From positions 1 to 64,000 of the IMG/VR virus record IMGVR_UViG_3300042991_000131: a stretch of 64,000 nucleotides of DNA. One strand, 5' to 3'. The position numbers were made by a program, and so were the translations under genes. The notes beneath the pieces are model-generated. The model was not told where the DNA came from and ran no database searches. It saw only the letters and a program-made list of their open reading frames with translations. Positions 39,465 to 48,652 of this stretch are shown here, piece by piece (positions within the stretch are counted from its first letter, which is position 1; each line of letters opens with the position of its first letter). This DNA is from a virus.

Positions 39465-40027
39465 TTCCGTGTCCTGTAGAAGATTTGCTCGATCAGTCCG
39501 TCAAGCTGATAATGACTACCACTGTTGTCAAACACGATATCGAACATATAATCGGGAATGGGCATTTCACTCGCATGCAGGAGGCCAAGCATGCGCCTGA
39601 TATGCCAGATAGCGCGCATGAATATGTTACTCACCTGTATACCACGACCTTTCAGCTTAACCGTAACGACACTCCCGACGATACCAAATGACTTAGCGGC
39701 TTCATACTCATTGCGGAACCTAAGGTCATCGCAGATGATTACCTCGTTGTCAAGTTCCAGGTCAACGAGTGCTTTCTTCCACTTGCTGACCCACAGATCC
39801 TCGCTGATGCACTTGCGGCCACACTCAGTACCAAGGAGTTGAAGCAGGCGACGACCCTTAGCATCCTTCTTCCCGTCCCAGCCAAGTAGCTTGGCATAGT
39901 CCTTGAGTGGCTTAGCGAAGGGCAGCACAGTAGCTGTATGCCCCTCCATCTTAGCCCTCTCAGCAATAAGATTGGCTATGGTCGATTTGCCGCTGCCCAT
40001 AGGGCCATGTAGAACAACGATAATCAC
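39461..40027 (-). CDS. deoxynucleoside monophosphate kinase
   Basis: GPMGSGKST, FAKPLK, RRLLQLLGTECGR, DDLRFRNE, HASE. Confidence 0.88.
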   Translation of the reverse strand: MIIVVLHGPMGSGKSTIANLIAERAKMEGHTATVLPFAKPLKDYAKLLGWDGKKDAKGRRLLQLLGTECGRKCISEDLWVSKWKKALVDLELDNEVIICDDLRFRNEYEAAKSFGIVGSVVTVKLKGRGIQVSNIFMRAIWHIRRMLGLLHASEMPIPDYMFDIVFDNSGSHYQLDGLIEQIFYRTRK

Positions 40028-40212
40028 GGTGTGACCTCCGGTGCGCTCATGCGCTCGATGCTATCAGCTAGCACCTTCAATTGGAGGCCGAAAACACGAG
40101 CTTCATTTGGCGTAAGCTCCACATGAAGAGTAACGCCATTCGAGTTTTCAAGACCCAAGAGTATTGCAGGCTTTTTGTTCTCGGTAGGCAGGATGCCAGC
40201 TAGGACTTTCAT
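40024..40212 (-). CDS. hypothetical protein
   Basis: Coupled ORF with GGAG SD. Confidence 0.55.
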   Translation of the reverse strand: MKVLAGILPTENKKPAILLGLENSNGVTLHVELTPNEARVFGLQLKVLADSIERMSAPEVTP

Positions 40213-40400
40213 GGTTTCTCTCCGTAAGCGTAAAGCCCTTCACGGGCGGTTGTGGTGACTTCAGCAGGGATATTGACACCAACCCAATAATGCTTACCTT
40301 TGTACTCTACATCGAACTTGGCCGTGTACTCATTCTCGAAGGCATCGCGCATCTGGAGATACTCATCTGGCATCAGGGATTCGAGTAGTTCACTAATCAT
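40209..40400 (-). CDS. hypothetical protein
   Basis: ATGA-coupled ORF. Confidence 0.55.
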   Translation of the reverse strand: MISELLESLMPDEYLQMRDAFENEYTAKFDVEYKGKHYWVGVNIPAEVTTTAREGLYAYGEKP

Positions 40401-43084
40401 GACACTAGATCCAGGAAGGTATCAATCAACGTCCAGATTTTACCCTCTTCAACAACCTGTGGCTGAGCCTTGAACTCGATGTTACCAATGTAGAATTGAT
40501 TATCCTTACGGCTACGACCCTTCGGGAAGTGATGCGGTAACTCTTTGCCTACACGTATCTTCGACCAGCGGCTAACCTGATTCGGGTCACACTTCTCAAG
40601 GAACCTATCGTAGAGGTCGCTGAACTTGAGCGTGGCTCCTGGCTTCTTAATCGTATACTCATCGAGGAACACTTCAAGCTCATTTCTGTTCAAGCTCTGG
40701 GCAAGCAGCTTATCTTCAGTTTCGATGGCCGGAATATTGAGGCGATCATTAGAAGCAGGTAGCTCTAGATTCAATACCTCAGCTAGAAAGTCAGGTGCCT
40801 CCTTCTCCAGCAGCACAGTTATTTGCTTCCTAGGGATTAGATCCGCAACAGGGATCCGCTCCACATGGATCATAACGATACGAGTATCTTCCCCAAATAT
40901 GGGACAGGACTGATAATCGTTAGAGCATTGTACCCAGTGGGTCGTATTCGGGACTTGGTAGGGCGTGCCGCCCTTAGGATGAATAAGAAGCTCACGCCCA
41001 GTGACCCAATCTTTAATCCTATTATATGCCACCTTATTATTCTTGAGGTCGATTTCTTCGACCGAACAAAGGATAGCTCCATGAAGCTCATCATTGAATC
41101 CTTGCTGTGATGTTAGAGCAGCTTCTGCCTTCTGGCATCCTTTAGTCAGGAGAAGCTGTATACTCTCCCAGAAACTACTCTTACCAGTGTTCTGTTCCTT
41201 GCTGTGGAAGAATAGATATGGCAGCGGTTGGCCAGGCTCTCGCAGCATGCTGGCGATCCAGCATTTCAGGTAGTCTGCGCCGGTGAGTATACCGTTACTC
41301 TTGCACCAGGGATTTTTCTTAACTGCCTCGTTAAGTCCCTTGCCACAGTGATTGAGAATCTTTTGCCATGTTGGGTACTGGAGATTATCTGTATCTTGTG
41401 TTGGTGTGAACCGAAACTGAGCAGCGTTCCTGTTCCATTCGCGGTCGCCGGGATACTCAGACTGGAAAGGCTTATTCACAATCCGCCATGGACGTAGAAC
41501 AGCACCACCAACTACACCAGTGACCTCTTCACCTTTGAGGCCAGTCGATGCCAGTGCCTTGAGTACGTGACTCAGAGGCTCAGCACACCATTCGATATCA
41601 GACTTGATTACCCAACCAGCATCCTCGCCGCCACTAACAAGGTGCCGTGTCATATCGTCATAGTTACCAACTTCAACCTCAGTCTTAGCAGTTGTCTGCG
41701 TGTTGTAGAGTCGGATCCACTTATCCTTCTCAGGTAACCAGCCAGGCATTTCCTCTGCCTTATCGCTATCCTTACGCTCGACCGTGACCTGTAATCTTCC
41801 GTCTTTGTGATGCTTGAGCTTTGTCTCGCGTGTCGAGTAATGGCTTGTTAGATTAAGATGCACACCAAGTAGAGCAGCAGCCTTCATGGCCGTCTCAGAC
41901 TCTCTGAAATTGAACGCTCCCTTTGTATCTTCTAATCCACCAAACGATTTGGCGGCCGTTGGTAGGTCTGCCTCGCGATTCAGATAGCACCGAGTCCAGC
42001 CACTAGAATCTTGCGTCCACGACTCATGTTCCTGCACACCCATACCGAAACGGCGTACAGACCATGAGCCACGACGTTGTGGATATGCAAAAACGTTCTG
42101 GCCATTAAGATCCTTACCTTGAGATGATGTATCGAACACGCCTTTAAGCCCAAGGTCTGTGTGAGCTTTTTTGAGCCATACAGTATGTGTAACAAGCATA
42201 TGATTATCTTGATCCCACCACCACATTGCATCGTTGGTCTTAAGATACTCGATCAGCTTCTTATGCTCATCATCCAGAGGAATCTTAGGTTGCTTACCAG
42301 TAAGCTCCTCGAAAACATCAGTCTGACCAGCAGACTCAATATCTTGTGGCAGATTCTTGCGACGGGTGCCGCTAATCACCTTAACGTGATCTTTCCAGTT
42401 AGCTGGAACATCCGTCAGTACACAACCCTGCTTAATCATTGTCAGGCCATCTGTACCAACCATCTTACGTGCCCATACCCACATATTACCGCCACAAGTG
42501 TCTACTTTAGACACATAATCGTAGCCTGTCAACGCAGATAGCTTACCTAGGATAGCACGTGCAAGAGCAGCATGCTCCGTGTGCGTATTCGTAGGTACTT
42601 CATCTAGCAGTACATATAGGTGTAGACCCTTACCAGCGGTAGACTTGCGTACTGTGACCCAATCAACATTCATTGCAGCTTGCTTAACCTTCTCAAGTTC
42701 CTCGTTGCTTAGCTTCTTCGTATGTTTGTCACTGTGACCAGTAATCGCATCAAAGTCAAAAGCTACCCAGCGAGAAACCTTGTTGAACCAATCCCAGCCA
42801 GTCATACCGATAGCTTCGGCATGAGCGGCCAGATCGTACTTCATGTCTGAGTCTTTGTACTCAGGCTCAGTATTAGCCTTGTACGGAATACGGAAAGGCT
42901 TCCAAGTGGTAGCTCCGTCCGACCATCCCTGCCAACGCTTGCCCTTGAACTCACCCTCTATACGCTCACCGCCATCTTGTGCGACGTTAATCTGCACTTC
43001 CATGTTGTGATTATAGAGCTTTGCCAGGTCTTCACGCGTCACAGCGTGAAGGAACCTGCTAATCGCTTCAGTCTTTGTCGGCAC
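40397..43084 (-). CDS. primase-polymerase / SF3 (D5-like) helicase fusion
   Basis: FDFDA and GKGLHLY primase motifs; QNTGKS Walker A, VEE Walker B, CSN sensor. Confidence 0.8.
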   Translation of the reverse strand: MPTKTEAISRFLHAVTREDLAKLYNHNMEVQINVAQDGGERIEGEFKGKRWQGWSDGATTWKPFRIPYKANTEPEYKDSDMKYDLAAHAEAIGMTGWDWFNKVSRWVAFDFDAITGHSDKHTKKLSNEELEKVKQAAMNVDWVTVRKSTAGKGLHLYVLLDEVPTNTHTEHAALARAILGKLSALTGYDYVSKVDTCGGNMWVWARKMVGTDGLTMIKQGCVLTDVPANWKDHVKVISGTRRKNLPQDIESAGQTDVFEELTGKQPKIPLDDEHKKLIEYLKTNDAMWWWDQDNHMLVTHTVWLKKAHTDLGLKGVFDTSSQGKDLNGQNVFAYPQRRGSWSVRRFGMGVQEHESWTQDSSGWTRCYLNREADLPTAAKSFGGLEDTKGAFNFRESETAMKAAALLGVHLNLTSHYSTRETKLKHHKDGRLQVTVERKDSDKAEEMPGWLPEKDKWIRLYNTQTTAKTEVEVGNYDDMTRHLVSGGEDAGWVIKSDIEWCAEPLSHVLKALASTGLKGEEVTGVVGGAVLRPWRIVNKPFQSEYPGDREWNRNAAQFRFTPTQDTDNLQYPTWQKILNHCGKGLNEAVKKNPWCKSNGILTGADYLKCWIASMLREPGQPLPYLFFHSKEQNTGKSSFWESIQLLLTKGCQKAEAALTSQQGFNDELHGAILCSVEEIDLKNNKVAYNRIKDWVTGRELLIHPKGGTPYQVPNTTHWVQCSNDYQSCPIFGEDTRIVMIHVERIPVADLIPRKQITVLLEKEAPDFLAEVLNLELPASNDRLNIPAIETEDKLLAQSLNRNELEVFLDEYTIKKPGATLKFSDLYDRFLEKCDPNQVSRWSKIRVGKELPHHFPKGRSRKDNQFYIGNIEFKAQPQVVEEGKIWTLIDTFLDLVS

Positions 43085-43126
43085 ATCAGTCCTTTCCAGG
43101 TTGATGGTTAATCGTAAATGGCCTTC

Positions 43127-43157
43127 TTGATTTGATTACAACGTGTAATCAAATCAA
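43127..43157. promoter_or_regulatory. operator-like palindrome
   Basis: TTGATTTGATTACA-ACG-TGTAATCAAATCAA; half-sites recur at 49114, 49188, 62503, 62700 and 62716. Confidence 0.75.
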
Positions 43158-43376
43158 CTTGATATTTACTGGTATCTTAAAAGTACCGACATATCACTGA
43201 TATATGTAGCTGACTGCTTACTGACTAGACGGCAAAAGGACTGCAAAATATAATGGTTATATTTTATTTTACGGTATCAAACTATGCAATAACTCATTTC
43301 TTTTCTGGTTACTGAAAAGTCACTTTTGTAAAGTGTTCCAGGGTAATGGCTTACGGAATGTCTGACTAGGCCCCGT

Positions 43377-43533
43377 TTCCTTATCTTTCCTATAACCCTA
43401 ATTTTATTTATTATTATTCTATTAAAGGATAAAGGAAGATAGTAATAGTAAAGCGGTAAGTCGCTAGCATATAAGCACTTATAGACCGCTAAAAATTGAC
43501 TAATTTTGTACAATTTGCCGTAATGTTGTAAGT
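43377..43533. repeat. dispersed repeat, copy 2; candidate replication origin
   Basis: Collinear with 1570-1726; AT-rich; in the divergent gap beside the primase-helicase. Confidence 0.85.
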
Positions 43534-43656
43534 CATTGCTACAACTCACGCTTGACAAAAATTGTCAGACTGTTTTATAGGTTCAAGTGGACCCATGCAC
43601 CAGGGCCGAGCCGTCAAACTGGACCCTAGAACACTGCCAGGATCGACGCTAGCCCT

Positions 43657-43741
43657 GTTTCCTGTTGATCCTAGCGACTATTCCGGCGGAATGGTGCTAG
43701 GTTGTCGTCCGCTATATTAGTCGCTAGGATCGACGGGAAAC
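43657..43741 (+). promoter_or_regulatory. long RNA hairpin in the ParB leader
   Basis: 24-bp stem 43657-43680/43718-43741; both mismatches are U-G on the + strand. Confidence 0.65.
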
Positions 43742-43956
43742 CCGGTTATATTTTACGACCCTTTGCCGTGTAGGCTATTGACAGACACTCGAAAAGACGC
43801 TAATTTCGAGTTACGAGTAACTCATAAATCAACCGATTATTGAGGTACTCATAATTCGTTAATCATTCCGATTGACGAATTGAACTGCTAATCATCCTTA
43901 CCATGTGGATGATTAGTTAACCTATTCTAGTGCTGCGCAGCACAAGGAGAACACAC

Positions 43957-44916
43957 GTGGGTGATATCAAGAAGATTAGCTTAGCCCTCATTCGTGAGAA
44001 CGAGGTTGCTCTGCGTACCGTCAACCGTGAGTCCGAGGATTACCTGGGCCTGGTTGAGTCGATCCGCCAGAAGGGCTTCATGGGCGCGATTACCGTCCGT
44101 GCGAAGGTCGATGCCGAGACGAAGGAGCATTTCTACGAGCTAATCGACGGCCTCCATCGCTTCAACGCGTCGAAGGACGCGGGGCTGTCGGAGATTAACG
44201 TCGATGTGGTGGATCTGAATGAGGACCAGGTTCTCGAAGCTCAGATCATGACGAACATCCACAAGGTGGAGACCCGTCCGGTCGAGTATTCGCAGCAGCT
44301 CAAGCGCATCCTGACCCGCAATCCGCTGATGACCGAGAGCGAGCTGGCTGTCAAGCTCGGCAAGTCGCCGGTCTGGATTAAGGAGCGTCTGGGCCTGACC
44401 AAGATCACCAACAGCGAGATTACTGCCCTCATCAACGATGGCAAGATCAAGCTGGCCAACGCCTACGCTCTGGCCAAGCTGCCCGAGACCGAGCAGCAGG
44501 ACTTCGTTGAGCGTGCGATGACCCTCAGCCCGGACGAGTTCGTTCCGGCTGTCCAGGCTCGCGTCAAGGAGATTAACGAAGCCAAGCGTCAGGGCAAGGA
44601 AGCCGGCGCCGCCGAGTTCGTCCCGACCCCGCACCTCCAGAAGCTCAGCGACCTCAAGGCGCTGCTGGAAAACCGTACCGCTGCTGCCAAGCTCGTCGCG
44701 GGCGTGTCGGATCCGGTCGAGGCTGCCATCATCGCGATTAAGTGGGCGCTCCACCTTGACGCCGACAGCGTTGCCGCTGCCAAGGCCAAGGATGATGCCC
44801 GCCGCGCCGAGCAGGCCGAGGCGAAGAAGAAGCGCGATCAGGCGAAGCTGGAGAAGGCTGCCGCCGCCGCGAAGGATGCCGCTGAGAAGGCCGCCGCTGC
44901 CGCGAAGCAGGGCTAA
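43957..44916 (+). CDS. ParB-family protein with Ala/Lys-rich tail
   Basis: GTG after AAGGAG; LVESIRQKG...ITVR, YELIDGLHRF, HTH ESELAVKLGKSPVWI. Confidence 0.85.
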   Translation: MGDIKKISLALIRENEVALRTVNRESEDYLGLVESIRQKGFMGAITVRAKVDAETKEHFYELIDGLHRFNASKDAGLSEINVDVVDLNEDQVLEAQIMTNIHKVETRPVEYSQQLKRILTRNPLMTESELAVKLGKSPVWIKERLGLTKITNSEITALINDGKIKLANAYALAKLPETEQQDFVERAMTLSPDEFVPAVQARVKEINEAKRQGKEAGAAEFVPTPHLQKLSDLKALLENRTAAAKLVAGVSDPVEAAIIAIKWALHLDADSVAAAKAKDDARRAEQAEAKKKRDQAKLEKAAAAAKDAAEKAAAAAKQG

Positions 44917-44918
44917 TC

Positions 44919-45345
44919 ATTTGAGGAGCGCGCTCCTCAAAGTCCTACGGGATTAAGTCCTGTAGTTGAATAAGTTTCCTGGCCCGGCTTATTAAAGCAG
45001 AGCTTCGCCGACCGCGTGGATTAGATACCCACAAATACCGGCTTCTTAGCGGGCAACAGAAGCGCAACTATTAATCAAGTGAGATCGTCGCACTAAGCTG
45101 CGTAGACCCACTTACAATCACAACAAATAGCGCTATTGGTGCGTACTGCACTTGACGGCGGGTAAATAGCCGCGCTCTTTTGGTGGTAGATGATTAACAG
45201 ATAGAGAGATATGCCGTATCAGTGAGCTAGGTGTGGGCATACCCGTTAGAGGAATCTCACTGCAACTATCTGTTAATCATCTGCCACCAAAAGACCTTGG
45301 TTAATGTCCTGATTAGCTAATCATTCAACACGAACCGAGGACATT
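44919..45345 (+). ncRNA. putative structured non-coding RNA / leader
   Basis: ~430 nt with no listed ORF, tiled with stems, including a 29-bp stem 45176-45204/45266-45294 with one U-G pair. Confidence 0.5.
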
Positions 45346-45349
45346 CAAC

Positions 45350-45997
45350 ATGGGCGAACTCATTAATCTTGCCGGAGCCGGCGCAGTTCAAAAGTACGAC
45401 GATAAGGCTTTCGAGGCTTCGGCTTCGAGCGGCAATTATCTTCCTCGTCTGCAACTGATGACCAGCAACAGTGAGAAGTGCAAGAGTGGCGAATTTCCGA
45501 TTAACAACTATGCTCTAGTCGTTGGAGAAATTTACAACGATCTTGGCAAGGAGACTGATGTTCTTCTGATTGCTTGGCGCCCGAAGGCCATCGAGATGGG
45601 TGACGCTGTGATTAGCGTCTACAATCACGAGGACGATGAGTTCAAGCGGATCGCGGCGAAGAGCGAGCAGCCTAATTCGGGTTGCATGTTCGGACCTGAG
45701 TTCCTGGTGTGGGTGCCTTCCAAGAAGAAGTTTGCAACCTTCTTCCTGGGTAGCAAGTCTGGTCGCAAGGAAGCCCCTGCGCTCAAGGCTCTGCTCCAGC
45801 AGGCTGCCACGCTGAAGTCGAAGAAGATTAGCACCCCTCAGTTCACCTGGTTTGCTGCTCAGGCCGTTCCGTGCAACACGCCGTTCGATATCCCTGCAAT
45901 GGACGATATCAAGGTGGAATTGGAGAAGTTCAACAATCCGCCAGCTAAGACAGCCGAGAAGGCGCCTGACGCTGGCACCGAAGGTCGCGCCCGATAA
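45350..45997 (+). CDS. replication-module protein, possibly ssDNA-binding
   Basis: LPRLQLM..NS motif; GAGG SD; biased codons; followed by its own terminator. Confidence 0.45.
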   Translation: MGELINLAGAGAVQKYDDKAFEASASSGNYLPRLQLMTSNSEKCKSGEFPINNYALVVGEIYNDLGKETDVLLIAWRPKAIEMGDAVISVYNHEDDEFKRIAAKSEQPNSGCMFGPEFLVWVPSKKKFATFFLGSKSGRKEAPALKALLQQAATLKSKKISTPQFTWFAAQAVPCNTPFDIPAMDDIKVELEKFNNPPAKTAEKAPDAGTEGRAR

Positions 45998-46003
45998 CGG
46001 AAT

Positions 46004-46039
46004 GGAGGCCAGGATATCGAAAGGTATCCTGGCCTTTTT
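46004..46039 (+). terminator. intrinsic terminator
   Basis: AGGCCAGGATATC-GAAA-GGTATCCTGGCCT-TTTT. Confidence 0.8.
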
Positions 46040-46044
46040 CGTTT

Positions 46045-46120
46045 GCTGTTGTAGCTCAGTCGGTAGAGCACCGCTTTTGTAAAGCGGGGGTCGCGTGTTC
46101 AAGTCACGCCGACAGCACCA
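46045..46120 (+). tRNA. tRNA-Thr(UGU)
   Basis: 76-nt cloverleaf; acceptor GCTGTTG/CGACAGC; anticodon TGT 46078-46080; TTCAAGT T-loop; encoded CCA. Confidence 0.95.
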
Positions 46121-46139
46121 ATCATTCCACGGAGCCAAG

Positions 46140-46619
46140 ATGCTTACGCCAGTAGCTTGTACAATTGTTGATTGGCAAACATATATTGCCATTCACGAGA
46201 AGCTTGGTATACCTGCGCCTACACGGGCGTTAGATGGTATTGGATTAGATCCTAAGTCACCCGCTAGTTTCCTTGCCACTGTTGGTGGCCTGGATCCTAC
46301 GAGTAACTTGCGTAGGGCTTATGTTAATAAGCATACCGATCTAATCCACATGATATATGTTATCGAATCGGAAGATGATCTACTGGCTAATCTGCAACAG
46401 ACTAGACTCGTGTGTGTTAATCATGGTGAAGTCACATTTCTAAGTGGTACTTTAACACAGTTCATGGATGCGATTATCTCTTGTTCAGTACGCAACAATC
46501 CGTTACTAAGACTGATGAACGCGCTGTTCGTATATCTCGATAGAGGCGGCTTCAAAGAGTGCTTCTACGATTACACACGCGAGTCAGACAACTCAACATT
46601 CACACTCAAACATAGATAA
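46140..46619 (+). CDS. hypothetical protein (possible degenerate ThyX fold)
   Basis: ATG after GGAG; weak pattern similarity to the ThyX exteins. Confidence 0.5.
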   Translation: MLTPVACTIVDWQTYIAIHEKLGIPAPTRALDGIGLDPKSPASFLATVGGLDPTSNLRRAYVNKHTDLIHMIYVIESEDDLLANLQQTRLVCVNHGEVTFLSGTLTQFMDAIISCSVRNNPLLRLMNALFVYLDRGGFKECFYDYTRESDNSTFTLKHR

Positions 46620-46630
46620 GGCGGTTTCTA

Positions 46631-48652
46631 ATGCTAGCAAAAGGCCAAGTTAAGTTAGTTAAGATGCGTGTAGGTGACTACATGTATCCGGTCACGCTCA
46701 CATGTACCGGTACACGCATTGAGACACAGTTCGGCTACAATCCGAAGTTGCAAGCTGAGATTAAGATGATGCAGGGAGCCAAGTATCATGGCTTCGATGA
46801 AACTAATCCTCGCAAGATGTGGTCGGTAGCAAACTCATTCCGCAATTGGTTCCAGATTAAGTACCTAATGGGTGAGAACCCTTATGCATGGTATGACCGT
46901 AAGCCATTGGAGTTGACGTTTGATCGTGACCTGATGAGCCATCAGAGGATGATGGTTAATCATGGCATGACATATCACTACATGATATGGGCGTGCGAAA
47001 TGGGCACTGGTAAGTCGCTCGCGGCCATCGAGATTGCCGAGCGTTGTGGTTATAAGGATATCTGGTACATCGGTCCTCGCAGCGGTGTCAAGGCTGTTGG
47101 CCTTGAGTTAATCAAGTGGAATGCTAAGGTCAAGATTCGCATGATGACGTATGAGCAACTTGTCACGATTGTCCAGAACTGGAAGCCGGGTGACCCTGCT
47201 CCGCAGATGCTAATCTATGATGAAGCTTCCAAGATTAAGACGCCAACGGCTAAGCGTAGCCAGGCTGCATATCATGTTGCAGAAGCAATGAGGGCTGAAC
47301 ATGGCATCGAAAACTCAATCTGTCTCCTGCTCTCTGGTACGCCTGCACCGAAGTCACCTGTTGACTGGTGGCATCTTGGTGAAGTCGCTTGTCCCGGATT
47401 CATCAAAGAAGGCGATATCCATAAGTTCAAGAATCGGCTGTGTCTCGTTGAGCAGCGTGAGTCCCTCTCAGGCGGAATGTATCCGCATCTGATTAGCTGG
47501 CTCGATGATGACAAGAAGTGCAAGACCTGTGGACAATATGCCGATCATGGCGTCCATATGCTGCACAGCAAGAAGGACGCTGTTGACGCTACCTTGAATA
47601 AGCTCCAGGGATTCAAGTTCGGTGGCAAGACTGAGGAAGCTGCTAAGCCTACTGAGGCTAAGCCTACCAGTGTTGAGCCTCATGCTTGGGCGCCGTCCAA
47701 GAATGAGGTTGCCTATCTCTATGAGCGCATGAAGGGATTAGTTATAGTTCTGTTCAAGAAGGACTGCATGGACCTTCCTGAGAAGCGGTACGTTGAACTT
47801 CGTGCCAAGCCTACTGTTGACATGATCCGTGCTGCTCGTATGATTACTGCGCAGAGTCGCCGCGCTGTCCAAGCGCTAACATTACTAAGAGAGTTATCAG
47901 ATGGCTTCCAGTACGAAGAAGTTGAGACTGGTGAAGTGCATTGCTCTGCTTGCGCTGGTGTCGGCGAGCGCGAGATACCAGTACCGATTGATGACATTGA
48001 TTTAACGGCTCCGACTACTGGTGAAGGCAAGTTCACCCTCAAGATGACGCCTTGTGACAAGTGTGATGGCTCGGGCTACATGCCCAAGATGAGCCGTGAA
48101 GCACATTTCGTCGGTAGCCCGAAAGACGAGCTACTAATCGACCTGCTTGAGGATCATGAAGAGGTCGGTCGGTGCATCGTGTGGGGTGGTTTCCAGGCCA
48201 CGATTGATCGTATCGTTGACCTCTGCCACAAGCAGTCCTGGTCAACGCTTCGAATCGACGGCAGAGGATATCACGCTACTGATCCGCTTGGTAACGCACT
48301 TGACGCTAATGAGTGCTTAATCGCTATGGACGCCTCGCATAAGGACTCAAAGGCACTTAGGGAGAAACATGATCGACTATGTGTCGTCTCCAATGCTAAG
48401 GCCGGAGGAATGGCTCTTACTTTCACGGCCAGTCCGAGTGAAATCTTCTACTCCAATGGTTTCGATGGTGAAGCAAGATTCCAAGCAGAGGATCGTTTTC
48501 ACCGTCGAGGCGCAGATAAGAATCGTGGATGCACCATCTACGATATCATCTGCCTTCCTTCAGACCTGTTAGTCCTGAATAATCTCAAGAAGAAGCGTAA
48601 GTTGCAGGACATGTCGCTCGGTGAACTATCGCTGGCTATGGAGGCCAAATGA
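46631..48652 (+). CDS. SNF2-like SF2 helicase with zinc-finger inserts
   Basis: CEMGTGKS, YDEAS, SGTP, QAEDRFHRRG. Confidence 0.88.
   Translation: MLAKGQVKLVKMRVGDYMYPVTLTCTGTRIETQFGYNPKLQAEIKMMQGAKYHGFDETNPRKMWSVANSFRNWFQIKYLMGENPYAWYDRKPLELTFDRDLMSHQRMMVNHGMTYHYMIWACEMGTGKSLAAIEIAERCGYKDIWYIGPRSGVKAVGLELIKWNAKVKIRMMTYEQLVTIVQNWKPGDPAPQMLIYDEASKIKTPTAKRSQAAYHVAEAMRAEHGIENSICLLLSGTPAPKSPVDWWHLGEVACPGFIKEGDIHKFKNRLCLVEQRESLSGGMYPHLISWLDDDKKCKTCGQYADHGVHMLHSKKDAVDATLNKLQGFKFGGKTEEAAKPTEAKPTSVEPHAWAPSKNEVAYLYERMKGLVIVLFKKDCMDLPEKRYVELRAKPTVDMIRAARMITAQSRRAVQALTLLRELSDGFQYEEVETGEVHCSACAGVGEREIPVPIDDIDLTAPTTGEGKFTLKMTPCDKCDGSGYMPKMSREAHFVGSPKDELLIDLLEDHEEVGRCIVWGGFQATIDRIVDLCHKQSWSTLRIDGRGYHATDPLGNALDANECLIAMDASHKDSKALREKHDRLCVVSNAKAGGMALTFTASPSEIFYSNGFDGEARFQAEDRFHRRGADKNRGCTIYDIICLPSDLLVLNNLKKKRKLQDMSLGELSLAMEAK

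Noticed and set aside
44960-45075. HDV-like or hammerhead ribozyme (GGGCAACA; GAAA/CTGA near 52304-52335)
   Set aside because: Could not build the nested pseudoknot or a CUGANGA core by hand.
44919-45345. rRNA fragment, tmRNA, SRP or group I/II intron
   Set aside because: Only a 13-nt rRNA match; none of the other conserved cores found.
46045-46120. tRNA as attP/prophage boundary
   Set aside because: No integrase, no duplicated 3' end, and phage genes on both sides.
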